A stretch of DNA of 63,906 nt, counting the filler, from Vannella sp. (Eukaryota), in NCBI GenBank assembly GCA_023345925.1. It is 5 parts of 5 records of this genome, joined end to end, with 100 filler letters (N's around TTAATTAATTAA, not from the genome) between each part and the next. Parts side by side here need not be neighbours in the genome. Positions count along the whole stretch, not along the records: positions 35,753 to 53,069 come from JAJQQN010001096.1; positions 53,170 to 60,699 come from JAJQQN010000251.1; positions 60,800 to 63,906 come from JAJQQN010000016.1; 2 more parts are not named here. One strand, written 5' to 3'. Shown piece by piece: positions 52,235-63,906 of the stretch. How positions within the stretch are numbered: position 1 is the stretch's first letter; each line of letters starts with the position of its first letter. A program made the translations under genes and the position numbers. The notes under the pieces were generated by a model, which worked only from the letters and a program-made list of their open reading frames with translations, made no database searches and was not told the origin of the DNA.

Positions 52235-53029
52235 TCATTCGTTTGTCCTTTGGCGCTTTGCTGGTGGCTGTTCAGATCCGGACTCAGGAAGCTCATATCG
52301 CACGTGAACCAAAGATGACAAACGGAACTCTCCTTCGCACTGAGGGCAAGAAGCAAAGCTTTGGCGATTGCAATCCGAATGTTGCCAGTAGTGAGAGAGT
52401 ATGCACCTCAAGCACATTGCAGCATCGCATGAGCAGGAGTACCTTTTGTTGCAAACGATACGACAAAGGTCAGAGGTTCTCTCCGAGCAAAGTGTGCACT
52501 GGACTGGGTGAAGCGGAAAGCACATTGGATTCTCCGCCTTGATCGTTCGCATCTCTTTCTTGATAAACAGCTTTTCAGTCTGAGGAAAGGATCTCGCAAA
52601 GACTTCCGCGGCATCAGATTCAAGGCGAGAAGCTGAGCCCTCAATGCGATACACTCTATCTGCAATATCCTCCACAGCCTTTGTGAGAGAGGTGATGAGA
52701 CGGTCCCGGATCAAATCCATGTTGTCTTCAGGATATGACTCTAAGTCGAGTTGTTTCAAACCGGTGATTGCATCCTTCAATTGGCGCTCCAAAGTGGCCT
52801 GGACCTGGCGGCCTTTCCAGTCTTCCACCAAGCCTAACACAGTCGCTACACCGGATTGGTGGATACGAAACATCGCGTTCACCGGCTTACAGAAGCGATG
52901 AGGAATGATGCACCCGTGGTCCGGAACAACCTCTTCGACGACATCCTGGTCAGAGTCATTAGCTTCCTGAGAGCTATCTTCGGAATCGGAACTGTCCGAG
53001 ACTCTTTGTTGGTCTGTGTCTCCCTCCAT
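52235..53029 (-). CDS. Protein with C-terminal RING-like zinc finger and NLS
   Basis: CTLC...CSC...CLRC...CPQC; C-terminal PPAKRQR; intronless. Confidence 0.6.
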   Translation of the reverse strand: MEGDTDQQRVSDSSDSEDSSQEANDSDQDVVEEVVPDHGCIIPHRFCKPVNAMFRIHQSGVATVLGLVEDWKGRQVQATLERQLKDAITGLKQLDLESYPEDNMDLIRDRLITSLTKAVEDIADRVYRIEGSASRLESDAAEVFARSFPQTEKLFIKKEMRTIKAENPMCFPLHPVQCTLCSERTSDLCRIVCNKRYSCSCDAAMCLRCILSHYWQHSDCNRQSFASCPQCEGEFRLSSLVHVRYELPESGSEQPPAKRQRTNE

Positions 53030-53069
53030 CTACCTCGAAAACAATAAACTCAACTCTCGAATGTTCCGG

Positions 53070-53169
53070 NNNNNNNNNNNNNNNNNNNNNNNNNNNNNNN
53101 NNNNNNNNNNNNNTTAATTAATTAANNNNNNNNNNNNNNNNNNNNNNNNNNNNNNNNNNNNNNNNNNNN
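53070..53169. other. Artificial contig linker
   Basis: N44-TTAATTAATTAA-N44. Confidence 0.97.
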
Positions 53170-53323
53170 CCTGATGAGCTCCATCTCTTCAGGATAAGCT
53201 TTTGGGCTGATTTCATTTTTTCACTTTTTAAGTGACCAAATAGGATTTTGGTCATTCTTTGGCGGGAGTTCTCCGTTCGAGTCTTCCGGCTGGTGCTGTG
53301 GGAAGGAAGGAAGGAAGGAGAGA

Positions 53324-56300
53324 ATGGATAACTCAAGTGGCGAGGCTAAGTCGGACTCCAGTTACGGCAGCAGCTCAGAAGATGGCGAGGAGGCGTTCTC
53401 TGACAATGACATGGACGTGGTCCCTTCCCCTTCTCCTTCACACGAGTCTAGCAGCGATGAAGAGGTGTGGGAAGGGGATGTTCCATCAAGCGCTCCGTCA
53501 AAGCCACTCTCGCGCAAGCAATCCGCCCGTTCTCTTCAAGGTGCGTTCACCAGGCTCCCCTGCTCCTCTACCTGGACGCCTCTTCGTACCTCTATCAGAG
53601 AATCCTATTGCATGACTTACTTATGGTCGTGGCGAGCAGAAGAGGATGCTGCTGGAGCCTCTACGAGTGAATGGTCAGAGCAGCCGTTTGATCTTGACTT
53701 CTACCACCGCTCTTCGCGTACTAGAAAGGCAACACAGAACACAAACGTACGTTCAAGAACCAGGGTGCTATCAAAGGGCTGATCCAGAGCTATTGGAATG
53801 ATCAGAGAGCCTTGGGGGACTTCTCAGACGAACTCAGTGAGCCAGAGTCTCCCAATGATGACGATGAGGACGAAGACTTCAGTTTCACGACACACGATAG
53901 TGGGTACTACCTCTAAACACAGAGAACGACCTGACAGGCTGCTTTTAGAAGGGGAGGATGACTTTGGTGATCTGGAAGAGGACGAAGAGGAGGATGCAGA
54001 TGAAGAGGATGACGAGTTCGAGTCCAGATCGCGAAAGAAGCCTCAAAACATCCGCAGTCGAGCACAAAAAGCTTCCACGCGACCAAAGACAAGGAAGGGG
54101 CACGGCGATGGTTTGTTCCCTTCAAGAGGGTGACTCTTTCTAACAAGCCGGCGGAATAGATGATTCTGACTATGAAGGAGGAGGCCAACGCAGTTTCCGC
54201 TCACGTGAGACAGTCTCTTATGCAGACGAGGCAGATTCTTCCTCAGAAGAGGATGAGAAGACAGTCAAATCACCTGGTAACTTGCTACAACATTGGAAAG
54301 TCCTTTCACTAACACGCGCAACTTCTCAGTAGAGATTATTGGCGACGTTATCGAGAGGGTGATGGAGAAAAGCGAGTTTGAAGAAAAAACGGAAGAAGGA
54401 ACGGTCATGGTGCCAAAGTATCTCATCAAATGGAAGAACTGGTCTCATCTCCACAACTCTTGGGAAACAGAGGTTTACTTGCGGGACTTTAATGGGTACA
54501 AACGGATTCAACTTTTCGAAAAGAGTTTAGCAAAGGAAGCAGAACTTCTCCTTGCAAATGATGACTCCAAAGAGGATTTGGAACAAGCTCTTATCACTAA
54601 GGAGCTCGAGAAACGCCGGATGAAAGAGTGGACCAAAGTAGAGCGAATTGTGGCTTCCCGCGAAGACACAACAGAAGGCAGCGAGTTTCAAACTCAATAT
54701 TTTGTCAAATGGCGCGGATTGTCTTATGAGCAAAACACTTGGGAGTCTCCCAATGATATTCTGAAGTATCAGGATAAGATTGACGCCTTCTTGGCTCGGG
54801 AGCAGATGAGCTACAACAAACCGAACACTTCTTGGAGAAAGAATCGGCCAAAGATTGCAGAACTTCAACAACAGCCCAACTGGCTTTCTCATGCCGGCTC
54901 CTTACGCGCCTACCAACTAGAAGGACTCAATTGGCTGATCAAGTGTTGGTCCAACGACATTAATTCCATCCTAGCCGATGAAATGGGACTTGGGAAAACC
55001 ATCCAGACCGTTGCTTTCCTCTCCTGGATTCAATTTGCGCAAGGAATTCCTGGGCCATTCTTAGTTGTGGTTCCGCTGAGTACTATCGACAACTGGATGA
55101 AGGAGTTCCACAAGTGGGCTCCTACTATGAACGTGGTACTCTATTTAGGTAATTCAGCGGGTCGCCGTATCCTCAGAGAGTACGAGTTTGGTTCAGACAA
55201 CAATTTTAAGGTGAACGTGGTTGTCACCACCTTTGAGATGATCCTAAAGGATCGCGATATTCTTGGGCAACACCGCTGGGTCTACTTAGCTGTGGACGAG
55301 GCGCATCGATTGAAGAACTCTGACTCTCAGCTACATGAAGCTCTCTCATCGTTTGACACGGATAACAAGCTCTTAATTACAGGAACTCCCCTGCAAAACT
55401 CTCTTCGCGAGCTTTGGAGTCTCCTTACTTTCCTGCACCCCCACAAGTTCCCTTCTTTGACAGATTTTGAAGAGCAATACCTTGGCCTTGATACAGAAGA
55501 AAATCAGAGCAAGATTGGACTCCTGCACGCTCAAATAGCGCCGCATCTACTGAGGCGGTACAAGAAACAAGTGGAGAAGTCTCTCCCATCGAAGACGGAG
55601 CGAATCCTTCGGGTCCAGCTATCTCCCATGCAAAAACTGTATTATAGACTCATCCTCTCTCGTAACGTAGAGTTACTTAACAAGTCGCTGCGTGGAGAAG
55701 GCAAAAAAGCATCGTTGGCCAATATCGTGGTGGAGCTTCGTAAATGCTGCAACCATCCTTACCTCTTTGATGGAGCAGAAGAGTATGGCGAACGGAGCAA
55801 GCAGCAAATAGCGGACAGGCTCATTCAAAATAGTGGAAAGCTCATTCTCCTTCATAAGCTTCTTGTTCGATTGAAAGAAACCGGCCATAGAGTTCTGATT
55901 TTCTCCCAGATGGTCCGTATGTTGGATATCTTAGCAGACTATTTGTCTTCCCAGCATTTCCAGTTCCAGAGACTCGATGGCTCGATGAGTCACGACATGC
56001 GCGTGTCTGCCATGGAGAACTTCAATGCTCCAGATTCAAAGGATTTTTGCTTCCTACTCAGTACTCGTGCTGGTGGCTTGGGCATCAATCTTTCCACAGC
56101 TGATACGGTGATCATTTATGATTCAGATTGGAACCCCCAGAATGATCTCCAGGCTGTCGCAAGAGCACATCGCATTGGACAGAAGAACGTCGTTAATATC
56201 TACCGCCTGGTCTCTCAAAACACTGTTGAGGAAGAGATTCTGGAACGTGCTAAGAAGAAGATGGTTCTAGACCATCTTGTCATCCAAAGAATGGATTCTG

Positions 56301-58012
56301 GGAAGAAGGTTTTGGCAGACGCGTTCTCCCGAGATGATTTTGCTTCCATTCTCCAGTTTGGATCGCAAGCGCTCTTCAAAAATGATCAAAAGGTTTCTGA
56401 GACAGACGAAGGACGGGCGATTGAGGGTGATATGGACTTGGAACTCGATTTGGATGACATTCTGTCCCGTGCAGAGGAGACTTATGATCTTGATAGTGGC
56501 CCCCAGTCTGCTGCCGAAGAGCTGTTGTCTTCTTTCCGTATTTCTGATGTCAAGGCCACTTATGAAGAGCCATCCAACACGGAGACAGGGGATAATCAAG
56601 CTTCTAATCCTGACTTCTGGAATGAACTACTTCCGGACGCAATGGCCATGAACACGTCAGAAGAAGTCTTGGCTCCACGCCGACGAAACGTAACTTCTTA
56701 CGCTGAACATGGGATTAGAGTGGATGCACCCCTGCCAAATATTCCCGAAACTGGAAAGAGGAGTCGGCCAGGAACATCAAAAGGTGAAGGTCGGAAACGA
56801 CAGAGAGTCGGGACAGACAACACTCCTCTAATTGAGAAGGAGGTTCGTGTTCTGGTTCGTTCCATTCGCAAGTTTGCGGACATCAAACGCCTTGATGAGA
56901 TTTTGAAAGACAGCCGTCTTATGCATAAGACTCGAGAGTTATTGTCCAAGACTTGCGAGGAGATTTTCCGCTCCTGCGAAGCGGCAGTACTTTCCAGCGG
57001 GCCAGGAACTTATATAGACTACAAAGCTATCAACATCAATGCTTCTGAGCTACTAAATCGTCGCGAGGAACTTCAGTACGTCGCCAAGAAGATCGAAAAC
57101 TACCAAGAGCCCTCCGCTTTCCGCATCAACGTCAAGATCAAACCAGCTCAGTTTCCAGGATGCACTTGGGGACCGAAAGAGGACTCTATGTTGGTTTGGG
57201 CAGCCTATCACGATGGCATAGGAAATTGGGAAGCTCTCCGCTTCGAATTGGGTGACAAACTGGGTTCTGAAGGGATTAAGGTGAGTCTCTCGAATGCGTT
57301 CTCAGTCTAAACTAATTCTTCAAAAGGACTCTGTCCTCACTCGCCGGCTGGAGGCTCTCCTTCGTGCCCTTAGAGAGGAACGAGAGGCTTTGAATAAGTC
57401 CCAGCAACCCAAAAAGGCGGCTGCCAAGAAGAAAGCTGCTGCTCCAGTCAAACGGCCACCGAAAAAGAGGGCATCTGCACCCCTAAAGTCTCCAGAACCC
57501 TCCGAATCAGAGAAATCGGAGGGTTCATCCGTCTCTACTAGCTCGAGCAGTGATGCATTCCAAGAAGACAAGCAATTAATGGAGAAGGTAATACGAATAA
57601 GTCGCCTGATGGCCTGATGCTAATCCCTTTCTCCTTAGGCTAGAAAGGCGCTTCAGTCAAGTCGAGAAGTGATGAGAGATTTTCGCCACCTCAGTGAAAA
57701 GAAACTCTCTAAAGAAGACCGGATCGCAGAAACAAAGAGAGTAAGTGTGCTCCTATTCAAAGCAAGATAGCAATAACTCAAAGACCCTGAAAGTGTCTGT
57801 TGGCCATCGGCGAAACAATTGAAGGAGCCGTCAAAGACATTCGGCGAGACAAATCTAACTATCAAAGGTATGAGGTCTTCTGCAGTTTCTCTTAGTCTGC
57901 CTCTGATGTCATACCCTCAAACAGGCACCTTTGGCATTTCGTGTCCGAACGAACCGGCACCCAGTCTGGCGATACTTTGTTCCGGTTGTACTCCCGTTTG
58001 AACCAGCAATAA
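53324..58012 (+). CDS. CHD1: CHD1-like chromatin remodeller (double chromodomain, SNF2 ATPase, SANT/SLIDE-like, CHCT), spliced
   Basis: YLIKWKNWSHLHNSWE, ILADEMGLGKT, DEAH, GTPLQN, DSDWNPQNDLQA, ARAHRIGQK, final exon HLWHFVS. Confidence 0.93.
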
Positions 58013-58488
58013 TTATCAGCAAGGCATAAACCGAGCACTTTCCTCCAACGGACGCAAAGTTGAACCTCTGCACCAATTCCGGCCGAAAGATTGGGAATAG
58101 TTCGATGGTCGTTAGTATCAAGCTGTCTGAATACTAGCAGGCCGGATTCTATCGCTCTCAGCCTGAGGCAGCAACGCCAAAGAAGGATGACCTTACTGCA
58201 ATCAGTCCACCGGGCTCAAGGAGTACTTTCGGACGTATTCTCCAGACAGCGAGCTCTTTTTCCTGCTCCCGATTGGGAGAGCGAAGAAGAAGAGTTGTCT
58301 TCTCAGGAGCTTGAATGCTCTCGAGAAAACCCCTTCCAAATCTGAAGGACCACACTCTTATGCACCAACGAGCTGCATTTGTCGCTCCTTCACTTGTTCT
58401 TTGCAAGCTCCCGGAAACTGGCAACAAGTTCCCATTCGAACTGAAAAGCACATCCTTATGACGTTTCATAACAGCTTTACGTCTTCCT

Positions 58489-59058
58489 TTGAATCAAGAG
58501 ACTTCAGTTCTGATTAAAAGAGAGCGAAAAGTCATTTCTTGGAGGGAAGGTTTGGTTCGCGGTGTTCGAGGAGCGGGAGTGATCCCTGTGGCTTGGTGCG
58601 AGGCAAAAGGGGTCTGGATGTTTGGATTCTATACAGTGGAAGGGAACTCTCGCAAGTGTGGATACCTTTTGGACTTTGGAGGCTCGTGCGACGGCGGGGA
58701 AGGTTCCCCGGTTGTCACAGCTTTGCGGGAGCTGCGAGAGGAGACCAACGGCGTCTTTGATTCACAAGAGAGTAGCAACTGGGCTTCGTGGCTGCACGAG
58801 CGCTCCCACCTGATGGCCAAGCAGAGAGGCTACCATTGCTTCCTTCTTCAAGTGGGTTTCCTGCACAAGCTAGAGGTCCAGATAGCTCTCGATTCTGTTA
58901 CTTTTGTAAAGCAGAAGAAGAGGAAGTTTCAGTGGGTGGCCAAGGACGACTTGGCAGCTGCTCTAGAAGCTGCTTCTTGGAGGGGACTTCCCTTCCATCC
59001 TCGTCTATCCATTCCCGATCTTCAACGCGCTATTCAGTCAGCAACTGAGTTCCTTTAA
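58489..59058 (+). CDS. Nudix hydrolase; 5' end unresolved
   Basis: GAGVIP and Nudix box DFGG.....E......TALRELREETNG. Confidence 0.7.
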   Translation: MNQETSVLIKRERKVISWREGLVRGVRGAGVIPVAWCEAKGVWMFGFYTVEGNSRKCGYLLDFGGSCDGGEGSPVVTALRELREETNGVFDSQESSNWASWLHERSHLMAKQRGYHCFLLQVGFLHKLEVQIALDSVTFVKQKKRKFQWVAKDDLAAALEAASWRGLPFHPRLSIPDLQRAIQSATEFL

Positions 59059-59492
59059 AGAATAGAACGCTTCCTAGCTTCCTCATCTGAGAGAGTCTGC
59101 GGAAGAGAGAGCACCAATCAGACCCAACTTTCTGTGGGATCTAAAGAAGCTCACTGGATATCGTCATTGGGCATGTTTTCAGAGAATGTACACCCTTCAT
59201 GATGTATTCGATGAAGGCAACGTGAAGTAACTCTCGATTCGTCCTGAGAAAAGTCACGAGCAGCTCGGGTCCTCCAAAACTCAAAAAATAGAATCAGGCG
59301 AAAAGCTTATCCTGAAGAGATGGAGGTCATCAGGACACTCTACGCAAACACGAGTTTTGGCCCTCTTCCCCTTCGAAGGGACTTTCTCCAGGTTAGAATG
59401 AAGGGTTGGACTTTCAGGTGGTATAATCAGTTGCTTATGTAAGGACGTTCGTCCTTTCCATTATTGTTCCGCCTTCGGATCAACAGAGTGGG

Positions 59493-60508
59493 ATGGAGGC
59501 CTCGTGGTTCGGGTTTGGTTCGTCTCTTAGCGGATGTGTGATGGGTAGTTGAGTTGACGGGAAGTGGCATGTAGAGGGAGCACCGGTGACGAAAGCAATG
59601 ATGCAAAGCACGCTTCTTTGTTCGGCAATGGCGACGATCTTCCAACTGGTCCCTTTCTTCTCCTTTCCACACCTCTTTCCTCACGTCCTACCCAACCTGG
59701 GCGTGTGGAGACCGATCACAAACTTGCTCTTCTTCACTTCTGTATCCGAAGGAGTGCTGGGGATGCTTCTGTTGTACAACTTCCGCACTTTTGAGCGGCA
59801 ATTTGGCACTGCGAAGTACACAGTGAGTACTACAGCCTCCTTGCGGGTCACTATCTTAGACACATCTCCTTGTAGATCTACTTAGCCTTCATAGTCGCCC
59901 TCAGCTTGCTCCTACAAGTGGGAGTAATGACGATTCTCACTTACGAGAACCCAACTGGACCCTATCCCATCCTTTTAGCTCTGGCAACCTTGTACGCTAC
60001 TCAGATACCATGGACAGACCGTGTATCGTTGTTTGGACTTCACGTATCCAACAAGGTGTACATCTACTTGGTGCTAGCGCAGTTCTTGTTCCTCCGGGCT
60101 CCTGGATCTCTCGTTACCGGGGCATGTGGAGTGATAGCATGCACTGTGTACCACTATGACCTCTTGGTTAACAAGAAGCGCCTGGTTCTGTTCGCTGCTG
60201 CCTCGCGGGTGGGCCATTTAGTGGCCCCTTGGATTGGAGTGGATGCAACGCCGATCCCTCGTCGACGAGGACCTTCCCGTGGTCGTATTGCACCTCCAGC
60301 ACAGCCTATGGCCGTTGGTAATGCACAGCGAATGGGTGGGACTCCACTGGAGGCCTACCAACCTCCTCCGGTTCAGATCAGTGAGGAGAACATCGCCACA
60401 TTAGTGTCCATGGGCTTCTCTCGTCAAGAAGCTGCCTTTGCACTTCAAATGGCAGCAGATGACCCCGAGGTAGCCGCGAACATCCTCTTTTCCAATCAAG
60501 AGAACTGA
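59493..60508 (+). CDS. UBAC2: UBAC2-like rhomboid pseudoprotease with C-terminal UBA domain, 2 introns
   Basis: GAPVTK, LLLYNFRTFERQFGTAKY, GPY, SNKVYIY; UBA motif LVSMGFSRQEA.FAL. Confidence 0.85.
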
Positions 60509-60699
60509 CAGGCCCTCTTATTCAGTGAGACTCACTTGCCAGCACCTCGAATAATGATGAATCATTCAGAGAAGCCACAAGGGTCGTACGAATCACAACC
60601 AGGACCGAATAAAAAGAAGCTCACAGAATCTCACTCATTGGCCCTCTCCCCGATACGATCCCTTCCCGAAGGTTGCTTCTCGCATTGCAATCAACCTTC

Positions 60700-60799
60700 N
60701 NNNNNNNNNNNNNNNNNNNNNNNNNNNNNNNNNNNNNNNNNNNTTAATTAATTAANNNNNNNNNNNNNNNNNNNNNNNNNNNNNNNNNNNNNNNNNNNN
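60700..60799. other. Artificial contig linker
   Basis: N44-TTAATTAATTAA-N44. Confidence 0.97.
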
Positions 60800-61514
60800 G
60801 GAACGGTAACATTGTCGCCAACGGGAACGTTGATTTGGACACCAGGAATTGACCTTGCATTGCCAGGAGCAACTTAAGTTCACGCACTATTTTAAGGATT
60901 ACGGGGTGGCAGTATCTTCGTGTGGCTAAGCAATAACCATCCCTAAAATCCTTCAGTATGATTGTTCTTTGATCCTAATCTATCAACTGTGTCTATGGTT
61001 CTGCCAGAAGAAGCAATAGCCATCCCGAAGACACCCGAAATCCTTAGCGGCTTTTAAAACTAGCCGCTACCATCCCTGTTCAGGATCCTACGACCACTAT
61101 TCAATTGAATGTCGCGTACTTGACAGCAGTGTCCAAAGCCTCCTTGGAGTGGCGGATGTTTCCTTCTTCTGGCTCGTTTTCGTCGTTTGTTGACACTGGA
61201 GGTGGTGTCTTTGTGATGGGGAGGAATGGAAGTGTCTGGATTCGACCTCACCGAGCCTCGCTCCATGCCCACTTGCGGCGTTGCCACCAAGCAAAAGGGC
61301 GAGTTCGCTCTCTGCTCCTTGGAACACCCTGTCTTCCTGGAACTTGGAAGACAAGCGCAGAACCGTCGAGATGACCTTCAGCTACGGTACACTGTCCCAC
61401 CCAAATACTTCCACCAAACGCTAATCCCCACTCCGTAGAGACTTGCCAAGAATGTCACGAGATTGAGGGCGAGTGTGGCAACTATGCTGACTACTGGCAA
61501 TCTCTGCTCCTGTT

Positions 61515-62935
61515 CTACACAGTTGCTCTCTTCACCTTCTGCTGTGCCGCTAGTCTTCTTTGTGGATGCGCCAAGAGACGCCAAGTCTCCTTCCACGAGC
61601 CGCGACTAATCTCAAAGTCCAAATATACCAGGAAAACCCCAAACTTTCTGATAATTTGTTTGTTGTGCTGGCTGCTTGGATGGAACTCATCCAAAATGGC
61701 GATCTCGTGCTTAATCTCACACCTTTGATTTTCACAAGATGAAAATCTGTCAATCTTGAACACAATCATTTGTCCCTTGCGGTCCGTGTACCAAGCCACC
61801 ACGCTGTGGTCATTGATGTTGATGAAAGAATTAAATTGGTAATTGCGGATGTTCAATTCCGGTTCATCTACGTACCGCAGGTGTCCGTTTCGAAAGAGAA
61901 GCGAGCAATCCGAAAAAACGCTTTAAAGACTACATCACAAAATTTGGTTGATGTTCCGCCTAGAAGCGGGAATAGCTCGCTGCGGACAGTGGAGAACTCC
62001 AGTTTTCTGCGGATGATGAGTAGTTTTAAGAAATTACCAATTCCTCCCGTTGCTGACGACCCCATACGCAGGGCCCCATCCGAAGAGGGAGAGAGAGTGA
62101 GTAATATTGGTTCACCCCAGAGACGGCTGTGTAAAAAGGGCCCAAGGGAGTACCTTAAGCGCTCACGAAGAAAGCCTTCCATTCGCACGGCAAAGTCGTT
62201 TGACGCTGAACCCACTTGTAGCGATGCTGCACAGTTCCTTAGCAACCAGTCGTGAATTCGGCCCAGAGTGTTTTTTGAGCCTGGTCTACCGCCTTCTGTG
62301 GCCACTTGGAGATTTGGGTAAAGGGGTTGAATACACTTTCAAGCTGCTCTTGCGTGACAGCAAATTCCTCAGGGCGCCAAGATTGGCTGGTGGAGAGTAA
62401 ACCAATCTCTGCTATCTTTGCCATTATTATGTGACAATTGAGCTTCGATACTGGTTCCAGAGACTTTTTCTTCACATCTGCTAAAGCCTCGCGGACTACG
62501 CCCACCCAACCTACCTGAAGGAGGATCTGCTCTATCTTATGATCATCAGCGGGAGTAGTAGGAAGTCCCCAATTGTCGATTCGTTCTTCTATGATTTCGA
62601 ACTTGGTGCGTTTCTCTCTTTTGGTAGTGGTGGTATTTAGCGTCATCGCTTCGAGAATTAGATGTAAGATAGATTGTCTGTAAAGCACTCTGGGTAGAGT
62701 CCAGCCGGGCTGCAAACTCTTTAACTTCCGTGAGCTGCTGATGTTCCGTAAGTCTCTTTTGAGCTGCTTTACGTTCCTTCTCAGCCTTCTCGTTAGCTGC
62801 TAAGGTCGTTATCCTTCTTTTCAAGTTCTTTGCGTAGCTCAAATATCACTTGCTCGATGTTCATACCAGGAGGGGGGGTGTGCTTGACACCTCCACATTC
62901 AAGGAGCGTCGTGGTCCATCATCACTCTCAACTGC
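61515..62935 (-). pseudogene. Fragmented coiled-coil-containing reading frame (decayed gene or unresolved splicing)
   Basis: Protein-like pieces in alternating frames (MNIEQVIFELRKELEKKDNDL / AANEKAEKERK / ININDHSVVAWY). At least two shifts have no intron to explain them. Confidence 0.35.
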
Positions 62936-63419
62936 CCGATACTTGTGAGGTTGAGAGGAGGGCTGAGAGAGCGCTCCCTTTGGTAGTAGGTTTTCAGTTG
63001 AGACCCCAACTTAGGTGTTCTAGTGCCATGGGGGTCGATTTCTGAAGGGAGAAAGACTTCGATCATTGTTCTGTACGTTAAGGAATCAACACATCAGCTC
63101 TTCTGAATGTTGCGACAGGAAGCGCATGTTTGGAAGCTCAGTCCCCTCCATACAGAAGTGTTTGATGAAGTCATGCAGTACTTCCAGAGACCAGGTTTGG
63201 TTGGTGATGAAGGGAACTCACACCATTCCACCAACAAAGAATGAGGAGAGAATTCACCGCCCCAATCAACCACGACCGCTGGCCTCATTGAAAAGAACCT
63301 CCAAATTTGACTGCGGGGAAATTCCCTTCCCGTCCTTGACTTTTCTCCAAACGGCCAAGGGGACACTTATTCATAAGCAAATTCGTTAATATCATGCACT
63401 CATTGACACCCTGCAAGGA

Positions 63420-63696
63420 ATGGCGCGCGGAAAGCAAAAGTTGGATGCGCAGCAGAAGAATGCGGAGAAGATGGCCAAGATGAAGAAGGGAACAAGCAAC
63501 ATTGCTTCTAGAGCAGCTGGGTTCAAGGTGAACTGCCACGTGTGCTCGGTAGGCTGTCCTCTTCATTACGCGCTTTTGGTGGCGTTCACTCACCTCTCGA
63601 ACCTAGACTCCCATGACCAGTGCTAAGGTACTGAAGCAACACTTTGAGGCGAAGCATCCCAAGGAACAACTCCCACCTGAGTGCGAAGGCATTTAA
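63420..63696 (+). CDS. ZNF706: ZNF706-like small C2H2 zinc-finger protein, intron 63549-63607
   Basis: MARGKQKLDAQQKN...CHVC...KQHFEAKHPK. Confidence 0.9.
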
Positions 63697-63742
63697 TCGA
63701 CGATCGGTCCATAAACAACTCGTTCGAGGCTCTCCTGATGCA

Positions 63743-63906
63743 TTACAGGATCTTGTCCTTCACAGGAGCACTGGGGGTAGAAGAAGCTTCCAGCTCCTTC
63801 TCTGCTAGGAGCTTAGAGACACGGCGGAGCTCCTTAACCTCTTGCTGTCGCACATACTCGCGCCTCATCAGTCCCTTGCGCACTTGGCTGGGGATGTCGC
63901 TGATGG
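63743..63906 (-). CDS. 3' end of a gene, possibly anoctamin/TMEM16-like (partial)
   Basis: ISDIPSQVRKGLMRREY resembles the post-last-TM motif of anoctamins; runs off the window. Confidence 0.35.
   Translation of the reverse strand, partial: ISDIPSQVRKGLMRREYVRQQEVKELRRVSKLLAEKELEASSTPSAPVKDKIL

Noticed and set aside
53170..53215. Hammerhead ribozyme (CUGAUGA core)
   Set aside because: No GAAA after a stem II and no stem I/III pairing seen.

Overview
Compact, gene-dense eukaryotic (protist-like) DNA. It consists of five separate contigs joined by artificial 100-nt N44-TTAATTAATTAA-N44 linkers, so adjacency across the linkers is meaningless. About 30 protein genes are separated by very short intergenic gaps and interrupted by short (mostly 40-55 nt) GT-AG introns. 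They include tandem SGNH/PC-esterase paralogs, FKBP15, ERI1-like, PDRG1, BCDIN3D, tRNase Z, SKI3, NAPE-PLD, a PUF protein, a DH-PH RhoGEF, UFD1-like, class I PI3K, KRTCAP2, a MYST HAT, CHD1, UBAC2-like and ZNF706. The best finding is a gene the ORF track breaks up: a selenoprotein H-like gene (11688-12379). Its C-S-S-U motif forms only after splicing, its in-frame UGA is backed by a candidate SECIS with a non-AA apical bulge, and it carries a C-terminal SAP DNA-binding domain. Other points of interest are branch-point-anchored introns that often use AAG/GAG acceptors, an unexplained structured region with a 19-bp hairpin, two short dispersed elements shared between contigs, and FAM21-type LFa motifs on FKBP15. 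All gene names come from motif recognition by eye, not database searches.
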